Shown: one piece after another, positions 25,642 to 38,412 of the stretch
Layout: every line of letters starts with the position of its first letter
Position numbering within the stretch: position 1 is the stretch's first letter
Assembly (NCBI GenBank): GCA_965112735.1
Contig: OZ218955.1
Location: 992,001-1,056,000 of the forward strand
DNA length: 64,000 bases
Source of the DNA: Phaeosaccion multiseriatum
Lineage: Eukaryota; Protista; Ochrophyta, other classes
Direction of reading: 5' to 3'
Made by a program: the position numbers and the translations under genes
Notes under the pieces: generated by a model
Seen by the model: the letters and a program-made list of their open reading frames with translations, nothing else
Told to the model about the DNA's origin: nothing
Database searches by the model: none

Positions 25642-26804
25642 ATGGTTGCTGTTATCTTCTTTGTGATGGTGTTGGTGATAGCGGCTGAGATGGGCGGTGC
25701 TGCTAGATCTGGCGAGTGCATGCTCGACGAAGCGGGGGGGGGGGATTGCTTGCCCTTGGATGGGGATGGGACTGCTTCGGTGAGCACTGTGGACGCCAAC
25801 TTTCGACTAAACAACGGGGTGTTGATGCCCATGCTCGGCTGCGGGACGGCGGCGGTTCACTCCGCCGGGCCCATTGAGCAGGCAATTGCCGCCGGCTGTC
25901 GACACATTGACTCGGCAAGAGCGACTGAGTGGTATCGAGAGGAAGCCGCGGCTCAGGCCATCTCAAACATGGAGCAGCAAGGAGTACTGCAACCTGGAGA
26001 GGCCTTCATCGTGTCGAAGCTACACCCCCGAGACTTTGCTAGGGACGACGCCCTCAGAGGACTGCGCTCGTCTCTCGAGGTGTTCGGGAGAGAGGTTCGT
26101 GTCTCATCATTGCGCCTATAGTACTTTGAATTAAAAGGAGGGAAGAAATAGAAGGCCACGGATAAGAGCGGCGATTTTGATCAAGGGAGAGAGAGAGGCA
26201 TGTCTGCAGTTGGTTGCTGCCGGCTCGGTTCACTCCTTCCCCCGTGGGCTCTCCTCCCCCTGTTTCACCAATTGCTGCTGCTGTCACGCCCTCTCCTCCA
26301 GTCACTGGACCTCTTTCTTTTGCATTCTTGGGTCTGCTGGCCCAACCACTGTAACCCTCTCCCAGAGGCGGATTGGCGGTGAGTGATGAGTGGTCGTGCC
26401 GAGAGGAGAAGCGAGAGCGGGCAAGGCGGGGGGGGGCGGGGGGGGGCGAGCGACTCAGAAAACGTCGCTGAATCAAACATGCTTCTTGACCCACCTCAGG
26501 GTAGCCTCGCTCATGTCTGTGTTCAATTTGGGTTCTTGAGACTTATCTGCTTGGTTGCTGATTGATCGACTTATGTTTTTGACCCGCTTCGACCTCGACT
26601 TATTCTCGTTCTCTGTCTATGTCTTCTCCTCTCTCTCTCTACATACAAGAGAAGCATGGGCTGCTCTCACCGAAGCCTACGACGCCGGCCTCGCCCGAGC
26701 CATCGGAGTGAGCAACTTCCCCCTGTCCTTGTTGAAGGAGATGGAGGCCTCTCCAGGGGTGGCCCTGCCCCACGTTGTGCAGAACCGCTTTGACCCCTTC
26801 CATC

Positions 26805-26843
<39 letters not shown>

Positions 26844-28535
26844 TGTGATCGTGTGTGCGTATGCACGTGCTTGCGTGTGTGTATGTACATGTGTGCCTGT
26901 GTGTGTGCGTGTGTGTTGTGTGTGTGTTGAAGGTGTGTGTATGTGTGTGTTGTGTGTGTTTGTGTGTGTGTGTGAGAGAGTGTGTGTGTGTTTTGTGCGT
27001 GTGTGTATGTGTGTGTGTGTTTCATGTGTGTGCGTGTGTGTGCGTGTATGTGTGTGTGTGTGCGTGTCTTGTGCTTGTATGTTTGTGTGCGTCTGTGTGT
27101 GTATGTGTGTACGTATGTGTGTGAGTGTGTGCATGTGTGTATGTGCGTATGTGTGTGAGTGAGTCTGTGCGTGTGTGTGTTTATGAGAGATCCCCCCTCC
27201 GGCTCTATACTATGGTAATGGGTACATGTCCGCCCCTACTCTCGCTGACCATTCCCACCACACGGCGCCCTCCCTACCCTCCACACTCTCTCCCCTCTCG
27301 TGACACCCTCAACCCATACTTCCCTGTACACGGTACTCTCTCTATTTCTCCCTTACTTCCCCTCTTACTGGATAGGATCGGGCCGTCCGAAAGTGGTGTG
27401 ACGAGCGAGGCATTCTGTACACAGGTACGTACAGTCAAAGGAGACCCCCTCAGGCCCGCTTAGACCCAAGTCGACCCACTTACTGCACTTGCATGGGCCT
27501 CGTCTCTTATTTTTGTCTCTGTGTCTTGTATCTTTCTCCCCTGCCCTTCTCATGGACCTTCCATGCCCGCATGTCTTCCCTCCCCTTCCCTCCCTCCTTC
27601 CTCCTTCCCCTCCCCTCCCCTCCGTCTTCCTTTCCCTCCCCTTCCCTCCTTCCTTCCTCCCTCCCTCACCTCCCCTCCCCTCCCCTCCCCTCCCTTCCTT
27701 CCTCCCTTCCCTTCCCTCCCGCCCCCTTCCCTTCCCTCGCCTGCCACAGGCTATAGTGCCCTTGGCGATCAATGGAAGTACTCCCACGGACTCAAGCAAA
27801 ACCCCGTGTCGGCCAACCCCGTGATTCGCGCCATCGCCCAGGCACACAACACCTCCGTGCAGCAAGTCACTCTCTCATGGGCCCTCCAGAGCAAGGTAAC
27901 CGTTGTAACCGTCTCAGCTTTTTGTTTTGTTTTTCACTTCACCCTGTTACTCCGTCCCGTCTGTCTCCCTTCCTATACTTTGCGTATCGATGTATTGCAG
28001 TGTGGCGTCGATTTTGTTTTGATCAAGGTCGAAAGAACTCCCTTCCTTCCTTCCTTCCTTCCTTCCTTCCTTCCTTTCTCTCTCTCCTCCGTCCGTTCCT
28101 GATGTTCCGTGCCCCATGCCACCCGCATCCCTTGCGTCTACCTGACGCCACCCCACCCCAACCCCCCCTACCCCACCCATCCACTGCCATCCCATCCCAC
28201 CTACCTGCTCATCCCATCCCATCGCATCCACTGCCATCCCATCCTACCTACCTGTCCACCCCATCCCATCGCATCCACTGCCATCCCGCTCCACGCCACA
28301 GGTGGCAGTGTTGCCCCGCTCCACCTCTCCCGCACACATCGTTGAGAACGCGCGCATGCTACGCTCGACAAAGCAACAAGGGCAGCTGCAGCAACAGGAG
28401 CGGCAGGAGCAAGAGGATGAGCAGTTGGTGGTACAACAGCCGCAGCTGGACGTGTTTCTGACCCCGGGTGAAGTAGCGCAGATCAACGCGTTGGATGGGG
28501 CCATCGACAGCTTCCTGTCTGGCCTGAGGGAGTGA
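25642..28535 (+). CDS. Aldo-keto reductase with N-terminal signal peptide
   Basis: Exons ~25642-26094, 26302-26378, 26650-26806, 27375-27424, 27750-27895, 28302-28535. LNNGVLMPMLGCGT, catalytic tetrad D (HIDSA), Y (EWYRE), K (IVSKL), H (LDLFLLHS), RAIGVSNF, GYSALG, QVTLSWALQ, VLPRS. Confidence 0.92.
26807..27180. repeat. Degenerate (TG)n microsatellite in an AKR intron
   Basis: About 370 bp of TG/TGC/TA-interrupted dinucleotide. It is the source of the spurious poly-VC/HT ORFs. Similar (CA)n, (CAC)n, (GGA)n and (GAT)n tracts lie at 11346-11406, 12321-12500, 14096-14220, 24704-24770 and 46316-46520. Confidence 0.95.
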
Positions 28536-29265
28536 GGGAGGGAGGGAGTGAGTGAGTGAAGTGAAGTGAAGTGAAGAGGGGTGGACCGGTGGTGGTCATC
28601 GTCACCACATCAGCATCATCATCCTCATCGCTCTGCAGTCCAAAGAGCCGCTCCCTACCGTTACACCGTATGGGCCCTTTGTTTGGTGGCAGCAGCCCCC
28701 TTCCCTTCCTCTTGTGTGAGGGTATAGCTTGCCATCTGCTGCCATCCTCCTTGATGGGACTGAATGGATGGCACCCCACAGCCCACACCAGGGATGGCCA
28801 GCATACGAAACGCCACAACACTGGAGGAGGACCAACAAGTGAAGAGAAGAGGGAGGGAGGGAGGGAGGGAGGGAGTGACTACACCACTGCCCGAGATGGA
28901 AGAAGAGGAAGGAAAGAGGGATCGAGCCAAGATGGTGGTTTTGCGGCTGCTCCTGTCTACAACTGGCGAGCCTCAATGCCTGTCCGTGTTATATAATAGC
29001 AGCAGCAGCAGCAGCTGCAGCAGTAAGAGCAGCAGTTGGTGCTACAGCAGCAGCTGCGGTGATGACAAGGGCGAAATGTGAACTGTTCGGAAGAAGCTGT
29101 GACGATGCCCCACAGGCGGCCAAGTGAGCGGCGAGGCGAGGGTCAGGGAAGCGGAGAGGAGATAAGGAGGAAAGGACGGGAGGAGGAGAAAGCTCGAAAA
29201 AGAAGCAAGAATTTGTTTCAATGCTGCTCCGCGACGAGACCTACGCAGACAAGCCCCCCCCCCCC

Positions 29266-29635
29266 GGCGGACTATACGCTTCCCTCTGGTACTGTACCTT
29301 ACGGCGGACTATACGCTTCCCTCTGGTACTGTACCTTACGGCGGACTATACGCTTCCCTCTGGTACTGTACCTTACGGCGGACTATACGCTTCCCTCTGG
29401 TACTGTACCTTACGGCGGACTATACGCTTCCCTCTGGTACTGTACCTTACGGCGGACTATACGCTTCCCTCTGGTACTGTACCTTACGGCGGACTATACG
29501 CTTCCCTCTGGTACTGTACCTTACGGCGGACTATACGCTTCCCTCTGGTACTGTACCTTACGGCGGACTATACGCTTCCCTCTGGTACTGTACCGTACGG
29601 CGGACTATACGCTTCCCTCTGGTACTGTACCGTAC
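29266..29635. repeat. Minisatellite, 10 x 37 bp
   Basis: Unit GGCGGACTATACGCTTCCCTCTGGTACTGTACCTTAC; starts at 29266, 29303 ... 29599. The last two units carry CCGTAC instead of CCTTAC. No spacers. Confidence 0.97.
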
Positions 29636-30655
29636 ACATGGAGCTGTGCTCACACTGTACTGGAGCTGTGTTAACAGGCATTGAATTCAGAGTCAAAAAA
29701 ATCTCTGTTTCTTTTGTTCACTGCCCCTTTCCTTAGCCCCTGTTAGCCCCAGCTTCCTCTCGCAGCAGGGCGGGAGGGGGAGGCAATCGTCCCTCTCACC
29801 CGTCGGTCGGACATGGCCTCTCTTTTTCGCCACCGCACACCAGACACCCACAGCACCTCAGGCCCAGAGAGGAGTTGCTTTGGCTCTCTCTCTCATCGAC
29901 GAACGAAGAAGAGGCACGTCCCCCAATCAACGGAGAGGGTCCCATGGGGTAGCGGGTCTGAAGTCCCTCGCTCTTACACATGACTCCGACCCGACCTCTA
30001 ATGAGCTCAGTCATGAGTCGCTCTCATCATTTGCTCTCCATCCCCCCCTAAGGAGAGCGGGCAGGACGAACGGGTTCTCACACCTGGCGACGTCCCAGTA
30101 CCGTCGGAACTTCAGTGCACACCACGTAACCGTCATGTATGTATCCCCCCTCATCTCGTCAGAGAGAGGGGATACGCGAAAGTCATTTCTTTCGTCCAGC
30201 AGTGCTTACGACGGACACCGAACCAAACAGCTCTCAGTTGCCTCTCTCTCCTTCCTCAAATCCATCAATCCATCCATCCATCCATCCATTCCATCCAAAG
30301 GTTGGCCCATCAGCCACGCCTCAAAGGCAGTGATTTGCTCAAGGGTCGGGTGACCGTCCGTGCTGCGCTCGTCAGTCTCTGTGTGTCACTCTCTCCAAGA
30401 GTGAAGGACGGAAGTTGGGTCACATGGGGGGATGCCCAAAACCAACGGTTGAGCACCGGTGCGCCCCAACCCCCAGGGGTTCCCAAAAACACGAAGAGAC
30501 GGGCCGAGACAAGAGGAAGAAAGAGAAAGAGACAAGAGGAAGAAAGAGAAAGAGACACGAGAAAGAAAGGTACGGAGAGGCAGGGAGGGGAGGAGATCCT
30601 TCACAGTGCTCTCTCTCCCTACTCAGCTCTCATGTTGCTGCTTCTCTCTCTCCCA

Positions 30656-30686
<31 letters not shown>

Positions 30687-31037
30687 ACTCCTCCTCGCTA
30701 TGTCTCGATTTGTTGGCCCACGCCATCCATGCGTCGCTCTCCGGCCACACTCCATCCACTGCCATCCACTGCCATCCACTGCAATCCACTGCCATGCCCC
30801 ACTGTCCAACAGAGGGGAAGCTCCTCCAGTGCCACCATCCCTCTCTCTCTGACAAAGGAAAGCCTTTCCACTGCCGCCACACACTCCTTCGACTGCCATC
30901 CCTCACTCCCTTGACCGAGGGGAAGGGGAGGAGAGTCAGCAAAGGCAGGCACACCCCTCTCGCCTGCCCGCATCGATGAAGATACACAGAAAGAGAGCCC
31001 ATCTCCCCTCCTGCACATCTTCCTGCTGCTGCTGCTG

Positions 31038-34000
31038 CTACTCGTCCTCCTCCTGCTGCTGTTGCTCTATCACCAACTGCGGTGCTTCCTCGGCTAGAGC
31101 CGCAGCAGCAGCAGCAGCAGCAGCAGCCTTCGTCGCCGCTTCATCCGAGCCCCTCAGGCTGAGCATAGCCCTGGCAAGTTGGGCAGCGGGCCCAAAGGGA
31201 CCCCCAATGCCTCCTGCTGCCATCCTTGCCACTTCCTCCTCTCGCTCTTGCCCCTCCACGCGTCTGATGGAGATGCTCACATCGCCCACGCCCTCAGCTC
31301 CTACCCCTCCTCCTGCCCCTCTCGTATCTCCGTGCTGCTGCTGCTGCTGCTGCTGTTCGGGTATCACCAACTGCTGAGGCGTAGTAGTCTGGCGCTTGTC
31401 CACGACGAGGTGGACGTCAGCCTGAGCCGCAACGGGTGCTGTATGTGTCACCACCACTACCTGAGAGCTCTGCCCTTGCTGGGCGAGCAGCCCCCCCACT
31501 GCTACGGCCGTCCTCCCCCCGATGTGAGCGTCAATCTCATCATACAAAACGGCACAAGGGGGCACTCTGCGAGGGAGGTCACCACTATCACCATCACCAC
31601 CATCATCAACATCATCAAACGGGGTCGCAACGGCAGCTCGAGTACCAGCTCTGTCCCTGTCCTTGCCTCTCCCCCTGTCGCTGCCCCTCCGTCTGCCCTC
31701 ATCTTCCAAAGCCCCTGCTGCCGTCGTCGTCCAGAGAGGGGGCGGAAGGCAGGCCTCTAGCAGCAGGAGCAAACGCGACTTCTCCCCGCTAGAAGCCACC
31801 GCTTCCACGGTTCCGTTGGTCATTCCTGCATTGGCTTTGAGGTAGAATTGTACCTTGTCGAGACCACGTGTGGTGAGCGCTCCCCCTTCTGTAACGGTTA
31901 CGCGAAGGGAAGCCCCTTCCATGCCGACTTCTCTGAGCATTGGGTTCACCAACGCCTCTACCTGTGAGTGTAAATTGGGATGGCAGTGGATGGGAGGGGT
32001 GTGGAGGGATGGGAGAGTCACACCGAGCACAGGAACAGACAGGTATAGGAAGAAAGGAGCAGTTACCACCCCCACCCCCACCCCCAGCCGCCAACCAACC
32101 CACCCACCCACCTCCTTTGCGGCTTCCGCCCGGGCCCGCAGTAGACTATGCGCCACCGCTGAGGCTCGAACCCGGCATCTTTCCTCCTCCTCCCTGGCCA
32201 GGGGCAGCGCCTCAGCCGCTGTCACAAGCTCATCAAGTTCGACCCTCAGCTGGGCATGCATCGTTCCCAATGTATTGGGCCTTACCCCATGCTTCCTTGC
32301 CAAGTCTTTCCAACGGGTCACTCGCCCCTCAACATCCTCCAAGGTTACGGGCAGGGAGGGCATCTTGTCGACTACGTGAGAAAGCTTGGCCCCCGCCTGG
32401 CTCATTGCTTGCTCAATGTCGTTCAGGTCTTGGTGGATGGATTCCATCAGGCCCACGAGACTCCTGTCATGTGCACTGCCTCCTCCTCCTCCCTCCTCCT
32501 CCTTCTCCTCCTCCTTCTCCTGCTCCTCCTCCGCGCCTTCCGCTGCCTCCCCTGCCTCCATCATGAGGTCTCTCACCGTGCCAAGTCCAAAGAGCATGCT
32601 CGAGGGGAGGCTCCCGCTCGTCAGCAACTGCTCGGCCTGCAGCACGCCCTGCTTACGGTTCTCTACATCCGTCACGGCTTCTGTGATGCTCTGGAGTAGC
32701 GTCCAGCTCTCCCCCAATCCTGTCTCTCCTGCTACTCCCCCTCCTCCTCCTCCCTGGCCCCGCTCGTGCTCATTCTCCCACCCCCCTTCTTCCTCCTCCT
32801 CTTCCTCCTCCTCTTCCTCCTCCCGCTCCTGCTCTCCCCAATAGAGGAGCTCCATCAGAGCCGGGGACATCCGTTCCAAAGGCGCCGTACCCAACTCCGC
32901 CACGTAACCGTCAACAATGCCATACATCCGCCACAAGAAGTCTCTCTCCTCTTGCTCAAACACATCCAGCTCATCCACATAATGCCTCAGCAGAGCAACT
33001 TTGGGCTCCTCTGTCACTCCTTCCTCCTCCTCCTCCTCCTCCTCCGTCCCTTCAAACCATTCCTCTCGCCGCTCCTGATGCCCATACCCATACTCCTCTG
33101 CATACTCCCCATCCAGGAAGGCGGTCTGGTCGTCGCCAAATTCGTTGACATATGGTGGAGTTGAGTAGCCCCCTCGATCCCTACCGCTGGTGGAGCTTCT
33201 GCTTCCAAGCCCCTGTACCCCTCTGCCCATCCGCCCAGCACTGGTCAAGCCCAGACCGCTTGCGCTGATGCTGTTGCTGTTGACACTACCACCCTGTATT
33301 GGCACTGTCCGACATTGCTCTTCCAGCCGAGATAGCCTTGTCTTCGCATGCTGCCAGTCTCGCACGAGTCTATATATAGGGCAGAGAAGCAGGGTGAGAG
33401 CGAGAGAACCAGAGAGAGAGAGTGGGGGGGGGGGGGGGGGGGGCGGGAAGGAGAGGGGCCGGTCGCCCGATCACAAGCAGCGGGAAGAGAAGGTGAGAGA
33501 GGATCCACAAATCTTGCCCATCTCTCTTGTCCCTCTTTTCTCCATCTCCATCCCTCTCTCTCCGCCATTTTCCTCCCTCACATGCACACATATATACACA
33601 TACCTTTCCGTCTCTCCTACCAGCCACGTATCCCCTGGGAGCAGCAAGCGATCAACCATCTTTCTACGAGCCTCCACCTTACTGAATAGCGCGATACCTG
33701 CCCCTGCGTCGACTGTGTAAACCAATGGACTCATTACCTCGCGCAGAGTCCCCACCTGTGCGCATGTATGCACGCATTCGTGCAAGGGGGAAAAGCAGCG
33801 GATGGAGGAGGAGGAGGAGGAGGAGGAGGAGGAGGAGGAGGAGGAGGAGGAGGAGGAGGAGGAGGAGGAGGAGAGGGACAGAGGTTCAACTCAAGCATCC
33901 AAGTGATGTTGTACAGTACTTCTCACCTTCACCGCGCGACCGTTAATTGTTGCGGAGTTTCGGGCTGGTCTACTGCTCAGCTCCCTCACAATCTGTGCTC

Positions 34001-34989
34001 GAGATGACGCAACATGACAAGACCATCACACCACATGTAGCACAAAGGACGACAAAGCGCGATTGGATAACGGCAAGGACAGTAGAGGGGTCAAGAGAGC
34101 GAAAGCGAAGCCCGAAAGCATAGGAGAAGTATCTACTTCCGGGGATGTGATGACAGGGCGAGTCTAGTCGCCCTGTAAGTGGACCGAGTAAGACGAGCCA
34201 TGGCCCCAAACAGCAGTTCCACAGTAGTGGTTGGTGATACAGCCGCAGCCGCAGCAGCAGTAGCAGCAGCAACAACAACGACAACAACAACAACAAAAAT
34301 AGCAGCAGCAGAAGCAGTAGTAGCACCCATAGGATGGTCCTCACCTCCATAGTTCCTCCGTCTCCCAGCACCGGCAAGCCAAGCTTCCTGAGTGTGAGGT
34401 TGACGCCTTCCCTGTGCACGTCTCCAAGAGCCATGCCCATGCGGATCACGGCAGTGCCGGACTCTCTTCCGATGAGCTCTGTCATGCCGTGTGCCGTGGC
34501 CCCCGCCGCAAGCCCGAAACAGCCAGAGATGAGGCTCTTACCTGCACCAGTCTCCCCGGTGATGGCTACCAAGCCTGGCCCCATCTGCACGAACGTAGAT
34601 CCCGCCATGACGAAGTTCTCCATCTTAAGAAAAGTGATGCTGCTGCTAGTGCTGCTGCTGGGATGGGGTTTGCGAATGCTACTGCCATTAGTACCCTCCT
34701 GCTCTTCTTGATCTCCGAAGCGGAGGCTACTACGTCTTTCTCTTCTCCTTCTTCCTCTGCACTTGTTCGACTCCCAACCCCCTTCATACCGATTCCCGAT
34801 ACTACCTTCGCCCGCCCAGACAGGCAACGATCCTGCTTTGTTTTTGATGTGATATCCTGGTGTCGAGGGCTGGAAAGCGAAAGCTGCCACAAGAGTACCC
34901 TGAAGAAAGAGCAGGGATATGACCAAGACGACCCGAGCTGCCGCTACCGCACCAATAGCTGCACCAACTGCACTCGTGGCGCGCGCCAT
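31038..34989 (-). CDS. recN: Bacterial-type DNA repair SMC-like ATPase RecN, predicted plastid-targeted
   Basis: Exons ~34989-34343, 33992-33927, 33754-33604, 33369-32110, 31961-31038. ITFLKMENF..., Walker A ITGETGAGKS, IVRELS...NSATINGRAV, signature ASSGEKSRLLL, Walker B VLYDEIDAHIGGRTAVAVG, QVVVVTHTAPVAAQADVHLVVDK, EREEEVARM. Presequence ...LFLQGTLVAA-FAFQP. Confidence 0.88.
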
Positions 34990-35019
34990 CAGCGAATTAG
35001 CATGTAGGACTAAGGAGGA

Positions 35020-35422
35020 TTTATATATTACACCCTTAAGTGCCATCTATGGTTGTCTAAAAGTAATGTCTCACCGCCCCGGGGAACTTAGCCCTCGAGG
35101 TCGTGTCCCTCTGACTCATCAGTTCTTCCCATTGGAACAAAGTTGATACCAGCCAGGATCCTGTGGCGAACCGATCGTTCGTGTCGGGCCCGCTGGAGCG
35201 CTACGGCTAATCGTCGCCGAATGACGCAAACAGCCCTCGCATAAGCCCTCGTGTCAAGATGTTCGTGCCCCCCAGCCATGTGGGTGGCGAGTGTTTTGAT
35301 AAACATCTGTGCTGACGGGCCAAATGCACCTTGCTGTTCTATTGCAAAAGGGACAAGGTGGTACCGCGTGGGGTCATAGTGGATGTCCCCACCCTGGCCT
35401 TCCATGCCTACCTGTGGCACCC
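35020..35422 (-). mobile_element. 5'-truncated non-LTR retrotransposon 3' end (CRE-like, RLE type) with 10-bp TSD
   Basis: ORF 35088-35420 HYDPTRYHLVPFAIEQQGAFGPSAQMFIKTL...IRRRLAVALQRA resembles the C-terminal RLE tail of CRE-clade elements (F.P.A.E..G..G..A ... LSVALQR). Flanked by CTAAGGAGGA at 35010-35019 and 35423-35432. AT-rich 3' tail. Confidence 0.8.
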
Positions 35423-35619
35423 CTAAGGAGGAAGGAAAGAAAGTTAGCTAAGGGAGTTGGTGATATAGCGAAAATCACAGACTTGATGCCCATCATGTCA
35501 ACGGACGAAACGAGATTATCCTCGATTTGTCCTTTTCCTCCTGCTTTCGTCCTTGGTAGGTCCTTAGTGGTGTGCACAATGAGATTTAGATACTGTCGAC
35601 TCGAGGAGCGCCACGGAGC

Positions 35620-38365
35620 ATGACAGAGAGGGCCAGGAGGAGCACCAGCAGCAAAGGTGACCCAAAAAAAGTAAGTCTGGGTGAGGACGAGAGGGGGAGC
35701 GAGGGGAAGAAAGACGGAGACGCGAAGGGAGCGCGATCACTATCCAAGACACATAGTATCAGTAGCAGCGGTACTAGTAGAAGCAGTAATAGCAGCATAT
35801 CATGGAGCGAATTGGACAAGGATTGTAGGCAGGATGATGACTGCAGCGTCGGAGTGGAGGAGGATCAAGAAGAAGGGAAATTGCAATCTCCGGCGGCTAA
35901 GACGACGGCGAAGACTAGAAGACTCGGAGCGGACGGCTGTAAGGAAGAGAATGGGACGTCTTCTTTTAAGGGCACTGGCACTGGCCGTCCCTCCTCTGGG
36001 GAGAGCAAAGAAGATCGGCAGGTGGAGGCAGAGAGCAAGGAACACCATCACCATTCTAGCCCGAGCGGGGCTTTTCAGCACCAGGGGGCGAAGCTGGAGA
36101 AGAAGCCCACACTCTCTCTCCGCCCCGGCGGCAGCAGTCGGTCCTTGACAAAAGGCTTCAGCTTCTCCGGCGTCTCCCGAACACCACTTCACGTGCCCTT
36201 TCAGATCCACTCCGAGCACCCATCTCACGATCAAGCCCGTGGCCGTGGTCACCACAGCAGCAGCGAACACAGCGATAATGATAGCCTTGCTCAAAGTTTC
36301 TACAATCGCTCACACGATGGACCCATCACCGCAAGGGAAGAAGGCTCCGGCACGGTGGCCCTGGGAGGAGGGGGGGTGGTGGGGACGGGAGGGCCACTCA
36401 CAAGCAGGCTGGCGCCAAGCGGGTCGATTCATCGGACAATGCGGAGAGAGCACGAGGGTATGTCCTCCTCCTCGCTCTTGGCAGCGCCATTTGCTGCTGC
36501 CATGCGCTCTGCGAGGGACAGGTTTGGTGGAGCAGTTGGTGATACAGGAGGAGGAGCAGGAGCAGGAGTAGGAGCAGGGGGCACACCAGTGAGGCGGAGA
36601 TCCTCCTGCGGTGTGCCTGGAGAGGTGGGGGCGGGGGGCGGAAGCAGCCGTAAAAGCAGCAGCAGTGGGAATGGCAATGCCATCAGTGGCAATGCTAGTA
36701 GGGGTAGATGCGCGCTGCAGCTACCACAGTCGCTTCATTTACCGACTCGAATGATGGACGAGGCTTTCGTCGGCGCACTTGCGGGGCTCAACTACGCCGA
36801 CCTGTCTTTGGAGGAGTGTGATGTTCAGAGGCGAGAGCTTCAACGTCTACTGACTTCTGCCGGAACACCGGCCAAGAGAAAGCGGGTCCAAGCTGCTCTC
36901 CGGGCCCTCAGTCAGGCGGAGGAGGAGCTGTTGAGAACGGATGACAATGATAGCGACGATCTCGGCACTGAGTACAGTGGGTTGGGTGCATTTGACGACA
37001 TCAGAGGAGGGGCGGGGTGGGAACGTCCGGGGACATCGTCCTCGTGGGGGGGCGAGGGAGGAGTGTATCAAGGTGGGGGGTTAATTGAGGGCATGGGGGG
37101 GAGAGGTAGAGACGAGGACGTCGGCAGCAGCAGCAGCAGAGGAGGAGGGTTTAGTTGTGATGGTGGATGGGAGATGCCCGTGGTACGAGAAAGAAGGAGC
37201 CGCAGCATCAGTCTGTGCAGCGAGGCGTCGATGGAGGGGACGGAGGACGAGACGCGCGAGACGGAGGAGGGAGATGGAAGGACTGCACGGGAGAACAGCT
37301 TCAGCAGCACCAGCAGCAACCACAGCCACGGTAGTAGGAACCACAGGAAAATCGTGTTGGACGGAGCGAAAGCAAGAGGCGGTGGGAGCGGAACTGTACT
37401 CGGGCAATGTGTTGACTACCGTACTGCTGCTGCTGCTGCTGATGGTGGTGGTGGTAGTGGTGGTGTATCACCAACTGGTGGTGCTGCTGCTGGGAAGCCG
37501 TCCTCGGCGTTTGCTTCCTTCACGGACAAGAGCAGGGGGAGGGGGGACGGTGGTGTGGGTGTTCACTACGACTACCGCCCGCAGCCCACCGTCTTCGCCA
37601 CACCTAGTTCAGCAGCGCTCCACAAGCACCACCACTCGCAGCACACCCGACCCAAGACCGGCGAGCAGAGCAAGAGCAGCAGCAGTTACAGCAGTTACAG
37701 CAGTTACAGCAGCAGTTGCACCGAACCCGAGCGTGATGGTAATTGTGGTATTGGCGGTATCTCCTGCGGTACTATGGCAGGGATGATCGTGGGGCCGACG
37801 TCATCGGCAAGGATGGTGATCACGGGAGGAGGAGGAGGAGGAGGAGGAGGAGGAGGAGGAGGCGGTGCGAGAATCATGATGGGATCAAGGCCAGGCAGTG
37901 CCCGCCGCCGGAGCTCGACGTCGCTGAATCTGAATGCCATACCGGAGGACCAACCTCCTCAACAGGTGGGGATACAGCAGCAGTCGTCGCCAGTCGCACT
38001 TCAACTCAAGCTGAACTCCATCGCATCTGCTCTGAGAGCAGCTTCGAGCGGAGGGGGGGCGCAGCTGTGCGAGCACGGGGGCGGGGGAGAGGAGGCAGCA
38101 GCAGGGAGGAGTGGAGGAGCAGGAGGAGGAGGAGGAAGAAGGCAAGGGTTTGACGGGGTGAAGACGATTGGAAAGGAGGGAAGGAACCAAGCGGAGGAGG
38201 AGGCAAGCAAAGGAGAGAAGGAGGGAGGCACCAGCGGTCCCCGCAGCCTGGACGCTTGCAGAGCAGCGGCAGTAGCGGCAGCAGTTGGTGATACAGCAGC
38301 AGGCTGTGAAGCGATGGGCAAAGCAGTCCCGCCGAACTCACGCAACGCGTCCTTGTCAACACCAC

Positions 38366-38412
<47 letters not shown>

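Noticed and set aside
29266-29635. CRISPR array (37-bp repeat length)
   Set aside because: Units are head-to-tail with no unique spacers, there are no cas genes, and the context is eukaryotic. The repeated-peptide ORFs at 29078 and 29221 are by-products.
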